The translations under genes and the position numbers were made by a program. This document shows positions 1 through 9,850 of a stretch of DNA of 64,000 nucleotides, piece by piece. The DNA comes from Candidatus Cloacimonadales bacterium (lineage in GTDB: Bacteria; Cloacimonadota; Cloacimonadia; Cloacimonadales; JAFGVF01), in assembly GCA_963667035.1 (NCBI GenBank), contig OY762964.1, positions 2,368,001-2,432,000 on the forward strand, given 5' to 3'. Position 1 is the stretch's first letter, and each line of letters begins with the position of its first letter. The notes under the pieces were generated by a model. The model did no database searches. It had not been told where the DNA came from and was given only the letters and a program-made list of their open reading frames with translations.

Positions 1-3000
1 GGCTGTAACCTTATAAAAAAGATGCCTGGAAATTGAGTTCAATATGCCAGTATGAGTGAAACTTGTATTAGAATTGCTACTATCTCCATCACTCTCACTA
101 ATTTTTGTATCAATATTAGCAGTAAATTCCGGTAAATCTGAAGCGTAGACTTCATACTCACCAACTGTAATCGGATCACCGTTAGTATTAGTTGTTACCT
201 CATTCCATGTGATAATAATATCAGAACCGGATGCACTGATTGAGATATTGGTCGGAATTGAGGGAGCATAACTTCCTTCTGTAGTGTTTGATGCTTCCAT
301 AGCAGAGAGTATTGATGCGTTACCTGCAGTATCCAATGCTCTAATTTTAAAGAAATATGTAGTCCCTGAGTTCAAGCCTGTAACCCTTGTAGAAGTAAAA
401 CCACCTCCAATGTTTGCCAGACTTTGGTCATTGTTTAAGTCCCACACGCTATCTTCGATAGTAACATCCGAGTGAGTTGCATAATATACTTCGTAATTGG
501 CAAAATGCACATCATTTGTACTTGTCCAATAGACGTCAATTGCCGATGACCCTGCTGAATATGCAACTACAGTTGATATCTGAGAAGGCTCTATGGAATC
601 TATTGCAACATACCAGTCATCAGCGATACCTTCTAGACTGCTTTCGCCTGAATATACCGGTCCATATCCGTCAACATCCCAAGCTCTGAGTTCGTAAGGG
701 AGCATTTCACCATCAGCACTATAAGTTACATCGACTCTTATAACACTTTGCATACCTGCATCTCTGCTCATACGACCTTGATAGTCCGTCCATGTTTCTT
801 CGGAATCATAAACACCATTACCGTTAGCATCAATACGATACTGAACAGAACCTTCATCTATACCGAAGTAGTCTTCAAAAGTACAACCGATAGTAACAGC
901 TCTACTATTACCCAACCCAACTGTTTCAGGATATGGATTTGAGCAAGTTGGTAAATCGCTACGAGGAACTGATGCAACTTCATCCGATAACAATGAACTG
1001 TTTCCGGCAGTATCGTTGCTTAGAATAGCAAAATAATACATACTTCCGGATTGAAGTCCTGTAATCGTAGTTGAGTTTGTATTTATATCAGTTAAATCTC
1101 CATCATTACTACTGTTCCACACTAAATCAGAGGTCGTAACACCTTCCGATTGACTGTAATATATCATGTACTCATTGAAATGTAGTTCCGTAACAGGAGT
1201 CCAACTGAGGGAAAGTGAGGTTCCATCATAAGCAGTTACTAAAAGGTCAGTAACTTGAGTTGGAGCTATTGTGTCAATTGCCACATAATAATCATCAGCA
1301 ATACCTTCCTGATTTGAGGAGCCACTATATACAAAAGGACTACCAATCTCATCTTGAGCTCTAAACTCAAAATAAAGTTGTTCTCCATCAGCATTATATG
1401 TAACGCTATTTCTAATGATTAGTTCATTGTTGTCTGTATAGCCTTCTAAATCTGTCCATTCTTCATTTGTATCATAAGAACCATTTCCGTTTGCATCGAT
1501 TCTATACTGAATACTCTGAGCATTAATCAGATAATCATCAGTAATAGTCACACCTATCTCAACAGTTCTTGAATTCTGAAGAATAGAAGCAGGTTGAGTA
1601 GGATATGGTGAAGTAATTTCGACAGGATCGGCAACAATGCATTCAACTACATTGGAGATTAATCCTATATTATCCCATACATCAATACCTCTAATACATA
1701 AATAGTATTTTGTATTGAATGAAACACCTGTAATTGTAGTTTCACTTGTATTAATATCACCTAATTCAGAATCATTAGCAATGCTCCACACAGGATCATT
1801 ATACACATCTATTTCACTTGAGGTAGAATAGAATAGCTCATAATAATCGAAGAATTGGTCAGAAGTTGGAGTCCAATTGAGTGAGATAGAATTCTCTGAG
1901 AAGCTTTCAACACTCAAATCGGTAATTCTGGTAGGTGGTGTTGAATCAGCAACTCTACCACTAATCACAACATCATCAATAGTCCATTCAGCTCCTAGAT
2001 TGATAAAGGAATAGAAATACCATCTGAACTGAACGTAAGATGCTGCATTAAAGTTATATGTAACATTTCCTGAGGTATTAGCATTGAAAGATGCTAATGT
2101 CTGGAATGTTGATCCGTTGTTTGATACTTGTAGATAAGCTGTAGCATTATCGCCATGTACATAATTATGGTTAAATGAGATAGTTAAATTGGAATAACCT
2201 GATAAGTTATAAACAGGAGACAATAACTTTTCATCTGAGCTTTGTAATGTACCGTTAGCTACGTGCATACTATAATCATCACCGGAATCATTTATCGTAT
2301 TCCATGGTGTAGTTGTATTACCGGCATGCTGTATAGACCAACTTGTTGGTAAATCACCAGTGTGATTGAAATCTTCTATCATACTGAATTCACTAACAGT
2401 GACCTGAACAACTTCAATAACTTCCTCATTATAATCATCTGTTGCAACAACTGTAATATTCTCTGTTCCAAACCAATCTGAAGCAGGAGTAAGAGTTAAA
2501 CTATTATCTCCATTCAGGGTATATGAGATATTAACATTATCTCTTACAGAGAAAGTCAAAGGAGAATCAATATCTTCAAAGATATTATTAAGTGAAGTCG
2601 TCGTATATGAGTCATTAACCGAGATAACAACAGCACCTATTGAGCCAATGGTATATGGAAGGTCATTTACACTTTCTACCGTCACAATAACCTGAGTATC
2701 CACAGTCAATCTTGAATGCATATCATTGGCAGTAAAAGTAATAGTTTCCTGACCAAACCAGTTAGCAGAAGGAGTTAAAGTAACCACACCATTAAGCTCT
2801 GTTACTGAAATCTCAGTGTTACCTGACCAAAAATAGTTTAGTAAATCACCATCAACATCATCAAAAACATTGTCCAAGTCTATGCTATTGTTTGATCCAT
2901 CTTCTTGGATATTTATCGGATTAACAGTATTAACAACATAAGGAGCATCATTTACATTATTAATTGTTATCTCTACTATATCGCTAGCGGTCTGTAAAGT

Positions 3001-3996
3001 GTTATCAGTTGCCGTAAAAGTAATCACTTCATATCCAAACCAATCGTGGATTGGTGTCAGAGTTACAACTCCTCCAACAATACTTACAGAGATGTTGTCA
3101 TTTCCAGAATAACTATATGCTAATTGATCTCCAAAATCAAGGTCATAATCAGTAAACACATTATTCAGATTAATTGAATTATTTACGGTATCCTCATTGA
3201 AATCAAAATCAGCTATTTCATTAACTACCAGTGGCGGTTGTGAGACGTTGGTAATTATCAAATCAAAGCTTTCTGTATCAGTAAGTGAGTCCTCATTTTC
3301 TACTGTAACAGAAAGTGTGTATGTACCTCCATCTAAATAATCGGTTAACCAGGTAAATGTCCCTGAGCCGTCCCCATTATCGCTCCAATCCGCACCATCC
3401 GGTAATTCCGATGTTAAATCCAAAGTAATATTTTGGTTCAAAGGATCATGAGCAAAAATATCAAATGAAATGCTATCATTCTCATTATAGCTAATAGCTC
3501 CCGGATTATCAATCCAAGGATCCGGATCACCATAGAAAACAATACCATCATCTATTGTTGCACTTGGAGAACCCTCATTGAAATAGAAATATTCAAAAGA
3601 GAGCTCCGTACCTGTACCCCATGTCCCAGTTATTGTAAAATGCAAATCGGCAAAAGTGCCGATCGCACCAATTTCATTTGTACCCCAGATAGCAAGTATA
3701 AGTTCACCCGGGGTGTTACTATTGATGTTTATCTGTGCCCCAACCGGTAAATCGCTACCATCGGTTACATCAGTCAAGTTTACAACTGTTGTATCATAAG
3801 TAATCTTTGTATATAATGAGTAGATTACCTCTGCATTAACTCCCGTTATATTGAGCGGAACAACAATATCTCCTCCGGAAGGATAACAATTATCACTTAA
3901 GCTAACCGTTATCTCCGCCAGAAGTGTTCCGCTAATAGTAGTTAGGAGTAATACCAGCAGAGCCAATCTCCGTGGAATCCTAAATACTTTAAACAT
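1..3996 (-). CDS. Giant secreted multidomain surface protein, partial (runs off window): cohesin, cadherin-like repeats, MAM-like domain, FN3 repeats
   Basis: Not in ORF track. Read by hand: ATG at 3996 after GGAGG, MFKVFRIPRRLALLVLLLTTISGTLLAEITVSLSD..., open to base 1 (...RHLFYKVTA), 1332 codons. Cohesin-like N-terminus (IVVPLNITG..IYSLYTKITYDTTVV..FEYFYFNEG), three VTLTP..WFG.E.IT cadherin-like repeats, FN3 repeats (SLNWTP..F..Y...Y). Confidence 0.85.
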   Translation of the reverse strand, partial: MFKVFRIPRRLALLVLLLTTISGTLLAEITVSLSDNCYPSGGDIVVPLNITGVNAEVIYSLYTKITYDTTVVNLTDVTDGSDLPVGAQININSNTPGELILAIWGTNEIGAIGTFADLHFTITGTWGTGTELSFEYFYFNEGSPSATIDDGIVFYGDPDPWIDNPGAISYNENDSISFDIFAHDPLNQNITLDLTSELPDGADWSDNGDGSGTFTWLTDYLDGGTYTLSVTVENEDSLTDTESFDLIITNVSQPPLVVNEIADFDFNEDTVNNSINLNNVFTDYDLDFGDQLAYSYSGNDNISVSIVGGVVTLTPIHDWFGYEVITFTATDNTLQTASDIVEITINNVNDAPYVVNTVNPINIQEDGSNNSIDLDNVFDDVDGDLLNYFWSGNTEISVTELNGVVTLTPSANWFGQETITFTANDMHSRLTVDTQVIVTVESVNDLPYTIGSIGAVVISVNDSYTTTSLNNIFEDIDSPLTFSVRDNVNISYTLNGDNSLTLTPASDWFGTENITVVATDDYNEEVIEVVQVTVSEFSMIEDFNHTGDLPTSWSIQHAGNTTTPWNTINDSGDDYSMHVANGTLQSSDEKLLSPVYNLSGYSNLTISFNHNYVHGDNATAYLQVSNNGSTFQTLASFNANTSGNVTYNFNAASYVQFRWYFYSFINLGAEWTIDDVVISGRVADSTPPTRITDLSVESFSENSISLNWTPTSDQFFDYYELFYSTSSEIDVYNDPVWSIANDSELGDINTSETTITGVSFNTKYYLCIRGIDVWDNIGLISNVVECIVADPVEITSPYPTQPASILQNSRTVEIGVTITDDYLINAQSIQYRIDANGNGSYDTNEEWTDLEGYTDNNELIIRNSVTYNADGEQLYFEFRAQDEIGSPFVYSGSSNQEGIADDYYVAIDTIAPTQVTDLLVTAYDGTSLSLSWTPVTELHFNEYMIYYSQSEGVTTSDLVWNSSNDGDLTDINTNSTTITGLQSGSMYYFAILSNDTAGNSSLLSDEVASVPRSDLPTCSNPYPETVGLGNSRAVTIGCTFEDYFGIDEGSVQYRIDANGNGVYDSEETWTDYQGRMSRDAGMQSVIRVDVTYSADGEMLPYELRAWDVDGYGPVYSGESSLEGIADDWYVAIDSIEPSQISTVVAYSAGSSAIDVYWTSTNDVHFANYEVYYATHSDVTIEDSVWDLNNDQSLANIGGGFTSTRVTGLNSGTTYFFKIRALDTAGNASILSAMEASNTTEGSYAPSIPTNISISASGSDIIITWNEVTTNTNGDPITVGEYEVYASDLPEFTANIDTKISESDGDSSNSNTSFTHTGILNSISRHLFYKVTA

Positions 3997-4024
3997 ATAT
4001 CCTCCGCTTTATCCTGTGTGAGGA

Positions 4025-7000
4025 TTACTTTAAAAGAGCCATCTTACGAACTGATGAATATGAACCAGCATCCATTCTGTAGAAATAAACACCTGAAGCA
4101 GCACTTCTGCCATTATCAGTAATGCCTTTCCAAACTACACTATGAGTTCCGGCTTTATATGTATCTTGTGTAAGTGTTCTTATCTTTTCGCCCTTAATAT
4201 TGAAAATATCAATTCTTACTTCAGCTTCTGCAGGTACTGTGAAGCTAATCTCAGTCTCAGGATTAAACGGATTTGGGTAGTTACCGTTTAAAACAAAATG
4301 AGTAGGAGTAGTAACTTCTTCATCAATTCCGGTTGGAGCTGAAAATACCCCACCAGTCACTTCATCAATAATGAAGTATTCAATCTCAACTGTACAATTA
4401 TCGACACCATTTCCGTTAAACACAAGAGTTGCAATATCACCTGCATCAAGTTCATCTACATCCCAAGTAGAAAGTTTAATTGTGCCAGTTTGTTCTGCAT
4501 CAAATTCACAATTAGATGACTCTAATCTCTCTGAATATCTAATACTTGTGAGAGTGAGTTCTTCATCTCTGTAGTTGATTGATCCTAGTGCAGAGAAGAA
4601 ACTTTCTTCGCTACCAATATTTAAGAGATATTCACCATTAGCATTGGGAGCAAGTACTATTGATTGAGTGTTGTACTCTACTGTTCTCTCTGAAGAACCA
4701 GGATAGTTACCTGATGGGTCTCCAATTACAATAGCATTGAAATCTGCAGTTTCATCTGAACCAAATATTTCAATTGCAGTACTAACCGGAGCAAATAACC
4801 AATTACCCCCCGGTAACTCAGAAATGATTCCTAAAGCATACTGAGCCATTAACGCAGAATCATAAACTGATACAGTACCGTTACCACTAGCATCAGCAGC
4901 TGCTATTTGATTAGAAGTGAATACTTCCAAACCAAGTGAATATCTTGCTGTTAAAGCTGCATCATAAGGAGTAATAGTCAATTCCGGTATCGTAAGCTCT
5001 GTTGAAGGTGTGACAACATAATTACCTGTTGCTACATTATCAAAGCCATATGTACCATTAGTTGCAGAAGTAGTAGTCTCATCAGCATCACCTGAAAGAG
5101 TAAGTGTTACGTTTGAGAGAGGGTTGCCAGTTCCATAATATCTAACTGTTCCGTCAATTTCATATTTGTTATAAACTGTGAACAAACCGTTATGTTGAAC
5201 CACTGCTTCAGCCTCTTCATTAAAGACAAAGTTTGTGAAGTTGAGCTGACAGTTATCATAATCATTTGCTGTTCCTGAAACCGCCATATTCACATAAAGA
5301 AGAGTTCCTCCTTCCTGTAAGGCAGAAGCATCAAATCCATTAATAACAATCTCACCGACATTAGAAGCATTATAGTTCACACTCCAATCTTCTGTAAGTG
5401 TTCCGGATGTTTCTACATCTATAGCTGTTAACAGCGTAAAATCATAAGTAATTGTAAACTGGAATGAAAGTATATTGTACTGTGGTATTGAATTAGTAAT
5501 AAAAATCGGGATAGCAACCGTTTCTCCAGCAGAACCTGTCTCCTCCTCGCTTATTCCTGCACTGAGAGGACCAACCATAATTTGACCGGTTGCATAATCC
5601 ATAACAGGAGGATTAACTCCATCATCAATAACAGCATAAATATAATACAGACCATGAGGTATACCGGCAAAATTCCAGACATATCTATTTATTGAAGTAT
5701 CTTCTGTGATTCCTGTTGTAAAAGCAGTACCTGAATAATCCTGACCATCATCATAATAAAGAGTAATAGAAGCATTATCATCAACATCCATATCCATCCA
5801 TGTGATTCTATATGATGTAGGATTTAACTCAAGAGAACTTGGTGTATACAACTCAATAGCCGGTGGGTTATTGGGAATATTACACTCTGAGTTATCAAGA
5901 TTAGCCACTTGAAGATTAGTATAACTTACTGTTCCATTATATAACTGACTAACAAGATTATTCACACCAGTTATCTGTCCCCACCAGTTATATTCAGCAT
6001 CAATAACAGCAGATTCATTTATACAAGAAAAATCATTCATATAAGATGTTAAATCATATTTAATTTGTGTGCATCTTCCCCATGGAGTACCGCTATAATT
6101 GTAAGCATAAACTCTCACTCTGAGTCTATCACTATTGCTTGTAGTGTTAACAGTAAACCAGGAATCTAGGTTGGTATTAGAAGAAGTGTTATCCCTCAAA
6201 TATGTAACCAAAGCATTAGATTCATCATCATATAGATAAAGGTTATAATCTGAATATGAATTGTAATGATCCATATAACCTGTCATCCTTGCCTGTGTCA
6301 TCAAATATGCAGGAAACTTGATTGAATAGTAGTTTGAATATCCACTTGAACCTGCATAATATAATGAATTGGTAGGTATATCTTCAGTAAACACATATGA
6401 TGTTGGTGGGGCAATTAGATTTCCATAAATATTACAATTATTAAAAGTAGGATCTGCTTCTGTTTGAATCCATACACCTGAATATGCATTTCTGGTGATT
6501 GTTGAATATGTAACATCTCCATCAGCATTTGATTCAAACAAGAAACCCATTTTGCCGTTATCTGTCACAGAACAGTTATCAAAGTTAGCATCAGCTGTTG
6601 CACCAGTAACGAAAACACCATTCTGACTATTATCAGAGATATCAGTATTTGAAAATGTAACACCTGCATTGGTAATATTGATACCATTGTTTGTATTGTT
6701 AATTGCACCTGAATTATCAAAAGATACATTCTGTGAGGAAGTTATATCAAATCCATATCTTCCGTTAGAGGAAGAGATAACTCCATCACCGTTCACGATG
6801 GCATTCGCTAAAATAATCACACCATCTGATGTATTGTTAAAGATTATAGTGTTATTGATAGAAGTCAATCCGGCATAAGAGTCTGTCACTTTCATACCGT
6901 ACTCATTACAATAACCGATAACACAATTGTTCATTGTAACATACTTGGCACTAACATTGACACCTTCTTCTGCATAAAATACATTCAGATAATTAAGTAC

Positions 7001-7351
7001 AGAGTAGATTGCACCACTATTATTGAATGTGATACCTGCCCAATCAGATTTACTTGGACTTTCTTCAAGTGATGTGAATACTACTTCATTACCACTAGAT
7101 CCATTCACAATTAGTCTACCATCCACAACAAATCGAGTATCACCGATTCCATTCAAATCATTGTCGATTTTAGGGAAAGATACTGTAACACCTGCATTAA
7201 TAGTTAAAACCGCTCCGTCATCAATAGTGACATCCCCGGTTATAGTTACATCGTCGTTCCAAACAACATTGTCTGTAATATGCCCTGAAACTGCCCAACT
7301 TAAAGTTGTAGCCATCAGAAAAAGCATGAAAATAAATAGATTCTTTTTCAT
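4025..7351 (-). CDS. Secreted parallel beta-helix protein with cohesin, dockerin, degenerate second cohesin and FlgD-Ig/T9SS-type CTD
   Basis: Signal peptide; N-rich beta-helix repeats (NNTSDGV, NGRYGF, NSQNGV); cohesin (TVAIPIFIT..ILSFQFTITYD..NFVFNE); dockerin (ITPYDAAL...AADASGNGTVSVYDSALMAQY); CTD NYPNPFNP...GVYFYRM...KMALLK. Confidence 0.85.
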   Translation of the reverse strand: MKKNLFIFMLFLMATTLSWAVSGHITDNVVWNDDVTITGDVTIDDGAVLTINAGVTVSFPKIDNDLNGIGDTRFVVDGRLIVNGSSGNEVVFTSLEESPSKSDWAGITFNNSGAIYSVLNYLNVFYAEEGVNVSAKYVTMNNCVIGYCNEYGMKVTDSYAGLTSINNTIIFNNTSDGVIILANAIVNGDGVISSSNGRYGFDITSSQNVSFDNSGAINNTNNGINITNAGVTFSNTDISDNSQNGVFVTGATADANFDNCSVTDNGKMGFLFESNADGDVTYSTITRNAYSGVWIQTEADPTFNNCNIYGNLIAPPTSYVFTEDIPTNSLYYAGSSGYSNYYSIKFPAYLMTQARMTGYMDHYNSYSDYNLYLYDDESNALVTYLRDNTSSNTNLDSWFTVNTTSNSDRLRVRVYAYNYSGTPWGRCTQIKYDLTSYMNDFSCINESAVIDAEYNWWGQITGVNNLVSQLYNGTVSYTNLQVANLDNSECNIPNNPPAIELYTPSSLELNPTSYRITWMDMDVDDNASITLYYDDGQDYSGTAFTTGITEDTSINRYVWNFAGIPHGLYYIYAVIDDGVNPPVMDYATGQIMVGPLSAGISEEETGSAGETVAIPIFITNSIPQYNILSFQFTITYDFTLLTAIDVETSGTLTEDWSVNYNASNVGEIVINGFDASALQEGGTLLYVNMAVSGTANDYDNCQLNFTNFVFNEEAEAVVQHNGLFTVYNKYEIDGTVRYYGTGNPLSNVTLTLSGDADETTTSATNGTYGFDNVATGNYVVTPSTELTIPELTITPYDAALTARYSLGLEVFTSNQIAAADASGNGTVSVYDSALMAQYALGIISELPGGNWLFAPVSTAIEIFGSDETADFNAIVIGDPSGNYPGSSERTVEYNTQSIVLAPNANGEYLLNIGSEESFFSALGSINYRDEELTLTSIRYSERLESSNCEFDAEQTGTIKLSTWDVDELDAGDIATLVFNGNGVDNCTVEIEYFIIDEVTGGVFSAPTGIDEEVTTPTHFVLNGNYPNPFNPETEISFTVPAEAEVRIDIFNIKGEKIRTLTQDTYKAGTHSVVWKGITDNGRSAASGVYFYRMDAGSYSSVRKMALLK

Positions 7352-7762
7352 AATAGACTCCTTTTTTTAAACATAATATACTCATTAAATAAATTTTGAT
7401 TTCCGCTCATATAGAATTAGTTTATCGTAATATCCTTTTGTAAGGTATAAAGTCAAGCGAATTTATTTCTTTACACTTCTTTTATCATAAGCAGTTATTC
7501 CCTCTGTTGTACTGAGTTAGGTTTATTTAATTTATCAAATATATAATACATACTACATTTTGTATTCGAAAGCTCTTAGTATGAAAGTAACAATCTTATA
7601 GTTATATTAATACTCTCATTCTACTGAAGGCATATATAAGAACGCTTGCTATGAAAACCATGTTAGTTAAACATAGAAGATAGGGTTATATCAACAGTCA
7701 TAATATTAATGACTATTACCTGAAATTAGTATATTGATGGGTATTACTAACATAAATTTAAG

Positions 7763-7791
7763 TTGACATAGGTTCAGAAACTCGATAAAAG
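7763..7791 (+). promoter_or_regulatory. Putative sigma70 promoter for proS
   Basis: TTGACA-N17-TAAAAG upstream of AGGAG RBS. Confidence 0.45.
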
Positions 7792-7832
7792 GATATGATT
7801 ACAAATTAATTAATAATCAGGAGATTAATAGA

Positions 7833-9356
7833 ATGGGGAAAAAAGCGAAAACAGCTATTGTTCCAACAAGAGAAGAGAATTACGCAGAATGGTATCAGCA
7901 AGTTATCAAGTTAGCTGATTTAGCTGAGAATAGTGAAGTCCGCGGTTGTATGATTATCAAGCCTTGGGGATATGCAATATGGGAGAACATCCAAAAGCAT
8001 CTTGATAAAATGTTTAAAGATACAGGACACAAAAATGCTTATTTCCCTATATTCATACCAAAAAGTTTTTTAGAAAAAGAAGCAGAACATGTAGAAGGAT
8101 TTGCTAAAGAATGTGCAGTAGTGACTCATTCACGTCTGGAAGATGACGGTAAGGGTGGATTGAAAGTCGCTGGTGAGCTTGCAGAACCTTATATTGTGAG
8201 ACCAACTAGTGAGACAATTATTGGGGATTCCTTTGCCCGATGGGTAAATTCATATAGAGACCTTCCTCTACTTATCAATCAATGGGCTAATGTAGTCAGA
8301 TGGGAGTTACGAACAAGACTGTTCCTTCGTACTGCAGAATTCTTATGGCAAGAAGGTCATACTGCCCACGCTACTGAGTTAGAAGCCCGGGATGAAACTA
8401 AAAAAATGCTAGATGTGTATGCAGAGTTCGCAGAGAAATATCTGGCTATTCCCGTATATAAAGGCGAGAAAAGTGAAAGTGAAAGATTTCCCGGAGCAGT
8501 TGCGACTTTTTGTATAGAAGCTATGATGCAGGATAAAAAAGCATTACAAGCTGGGACGACTCATTTTCTTGGTCAAAATTTTGCAAAGGCTTCCGGTATC
8601 AGATTCCAAAACAAAGATGGTGAAATGGAGTATGCATGGACTACTTCTTGGGGTGTCTCAACACGTCTTATTGGAGCTTTAATAATGGCACACAGTGATG
8701 ACAATGGAATGGTGATTCCTCCTCGTGTTGCTCCTGCTCATGTAGCTATTATTCCTATTATCAAAGATTCTGATCAGGAAGAGCTTGTTATGGATTACGT
8801 AACAAGCTTAAGAGATGAGCTTAAGGACGTAGTTTTTGATGGAAGAAACATTGAAGTTGAGCTTGATACCAGAGATATGACTTTCAGTGAAAGAAGTTGG
8901 GATTGGATTAAGCATGGTATCCCTATAAGAATTGAGTTAGGAATAAGGGACATTGAAAATGATTCTATTTATTTCGGAAGAAGAGATATGGAACCAAAGG
9001 AAAAAGTAAGTATGCAAAGAACCGATTTTATAACTTCAATATCTAGTATTCTTGCTGATATTCAAAATAATTACTATGATAGAGCTCTATGTTTCAGAAA
9101 TGATAACACTGTTGAGTTTGATGATAAAAAAGAGTTTTATAAGTTCTTCACATTAAGAAATCCCAACACCCCTAAGATTCACGGAGGTTTTGCCAGTGCC
9201 CATTGGTGTGGTTCTCCTGAATGTGAAGAGAAAATAAAAGGCGATTTAAAAGTTACTATTAGATGCATTCCTGAAGATGCTAAAGGCGAAAATGGTTTCT
9301 GTATAAATTGCGGAGCTGAATCAAAACGTAGAGTACTATTTGCCAAAAGTTACTAA
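7833..9356 (+). CDS. proS: Proline--tRNA ligase (archaeal/eukaryote-like type)
   Basis: VRPTSET, NQWANVVRWE, RTAEFLWQEGHT, QAGTTHFLGQNF, SWGVSTR; C-terminal Zn-binding Cys motifs; ends AKSY; no editing insertion. Confidence 0.97.
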   Translation: MGKKAKTAIVPTREENYAEWYQQVIKLADLAENSEVRGCMIIKPWGYAIWENIQKHLDKMFKDTGHKNAYFPIFIPKSFLEKEAEHVEGFAKECAVVTHSRLEDDGKGGLKVAGELAEPYIVRPTSETIIGDSFARWVNSYRDLPLLINQWANVVRWELRTRLFLRTAEFLWQEGHTAHATELEARDETKKMLDVYAEFAEKYLAIPVYKGEKSESERFPGAVATFCIEAMMQDKKALQAGTTHFLGQNFAKASGIRFQNKDGEMEYAWTTSWGVSTRLIGALIMAHSDDNGMVIPPRVAPAHVAIIPIIKDSDQEELVMDYVTSLRDELKDVVFDGRNIEVELDTRDMTFSERSWDWIKHGIPIRIELGIRDIENDSIYFGRRDMEPKEKVSMQRTDFITSISSILADIQNNYYDRALCFRNDNTVEFDDKKEFYKFFTLRNPNTPKIHGGFASAHWCGSPECEEKIKGDLKVTIRCIPEDAKGENGFCINCGAESKRRVLFAKSY

Positions 9357-9850
9357 TGTTTAAAGAGATTATTCTTAGCCTTTCGGAACAAGTTGCTACA
9401 ATAGCTTTAGAAAATAGTGTTTCTATTTCTTTTGCAGAATCTTGTACCGGTGGTCTATTAAGTAAAATAATAACTGACAGGGCAGGTAGTTCATTCTATT
9501 TTAAAGGTGGTATAGTAGCTTATCACAATAATATAAAAGAAGAAGTTTTAGGTGTCTCTTCTGAAGTTTTAACCCGTTTTGGAGCTGTAAGTGAAGAAAC
9601 AGCACTTGACATGGCAAGAGGAGCCTTAAAACTAATGAAAACTGATTTCTGTGGTTCAGTCACTGGAATAGCAGGTCCGGATGGAGGTTCAATAGATAAA
9701 CCAGTTGGTACAGTATGGTTTTGTGTAACTTCATTACAAAAAACTATTACTGACATACAGAGATTTGAGGGAAATAGAGAGTTTGTTCGATATAAGACTG
9801 CAATACATCTGCTAGAGATGTTAATAAATATAATGACGGAGGCGAGGTGA
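9356..9850 (+). CDS. pncC: CinA C-terminal domain / nicotinamide-nucleotide amidase (PncC family)
   Basis: AESCTGG, GAVSEETA..MA.G, TGIAGPDGG..KPVGTV motifs. Confidence 0.9.
   Translation: MFKEIILSLSEQVATIALENSVSISFAESCTGGLLSKIITDRAGSSFYFKGGIVAYHNNIKEEVLGVSSEVLTRFGAVSEETALDMARGALKLMKTDFCGSVTGIAGPDGGSIDKPVGTVWFCVTSLQKTITDIQRFEGNREFVRYKTAIHLLEMLINIMTEAR

Noticed and set aside
284..942. Three short plus-strand ORFs
   Set aside because: Antisense shadows of the large minus-strand ORF 1..3996.
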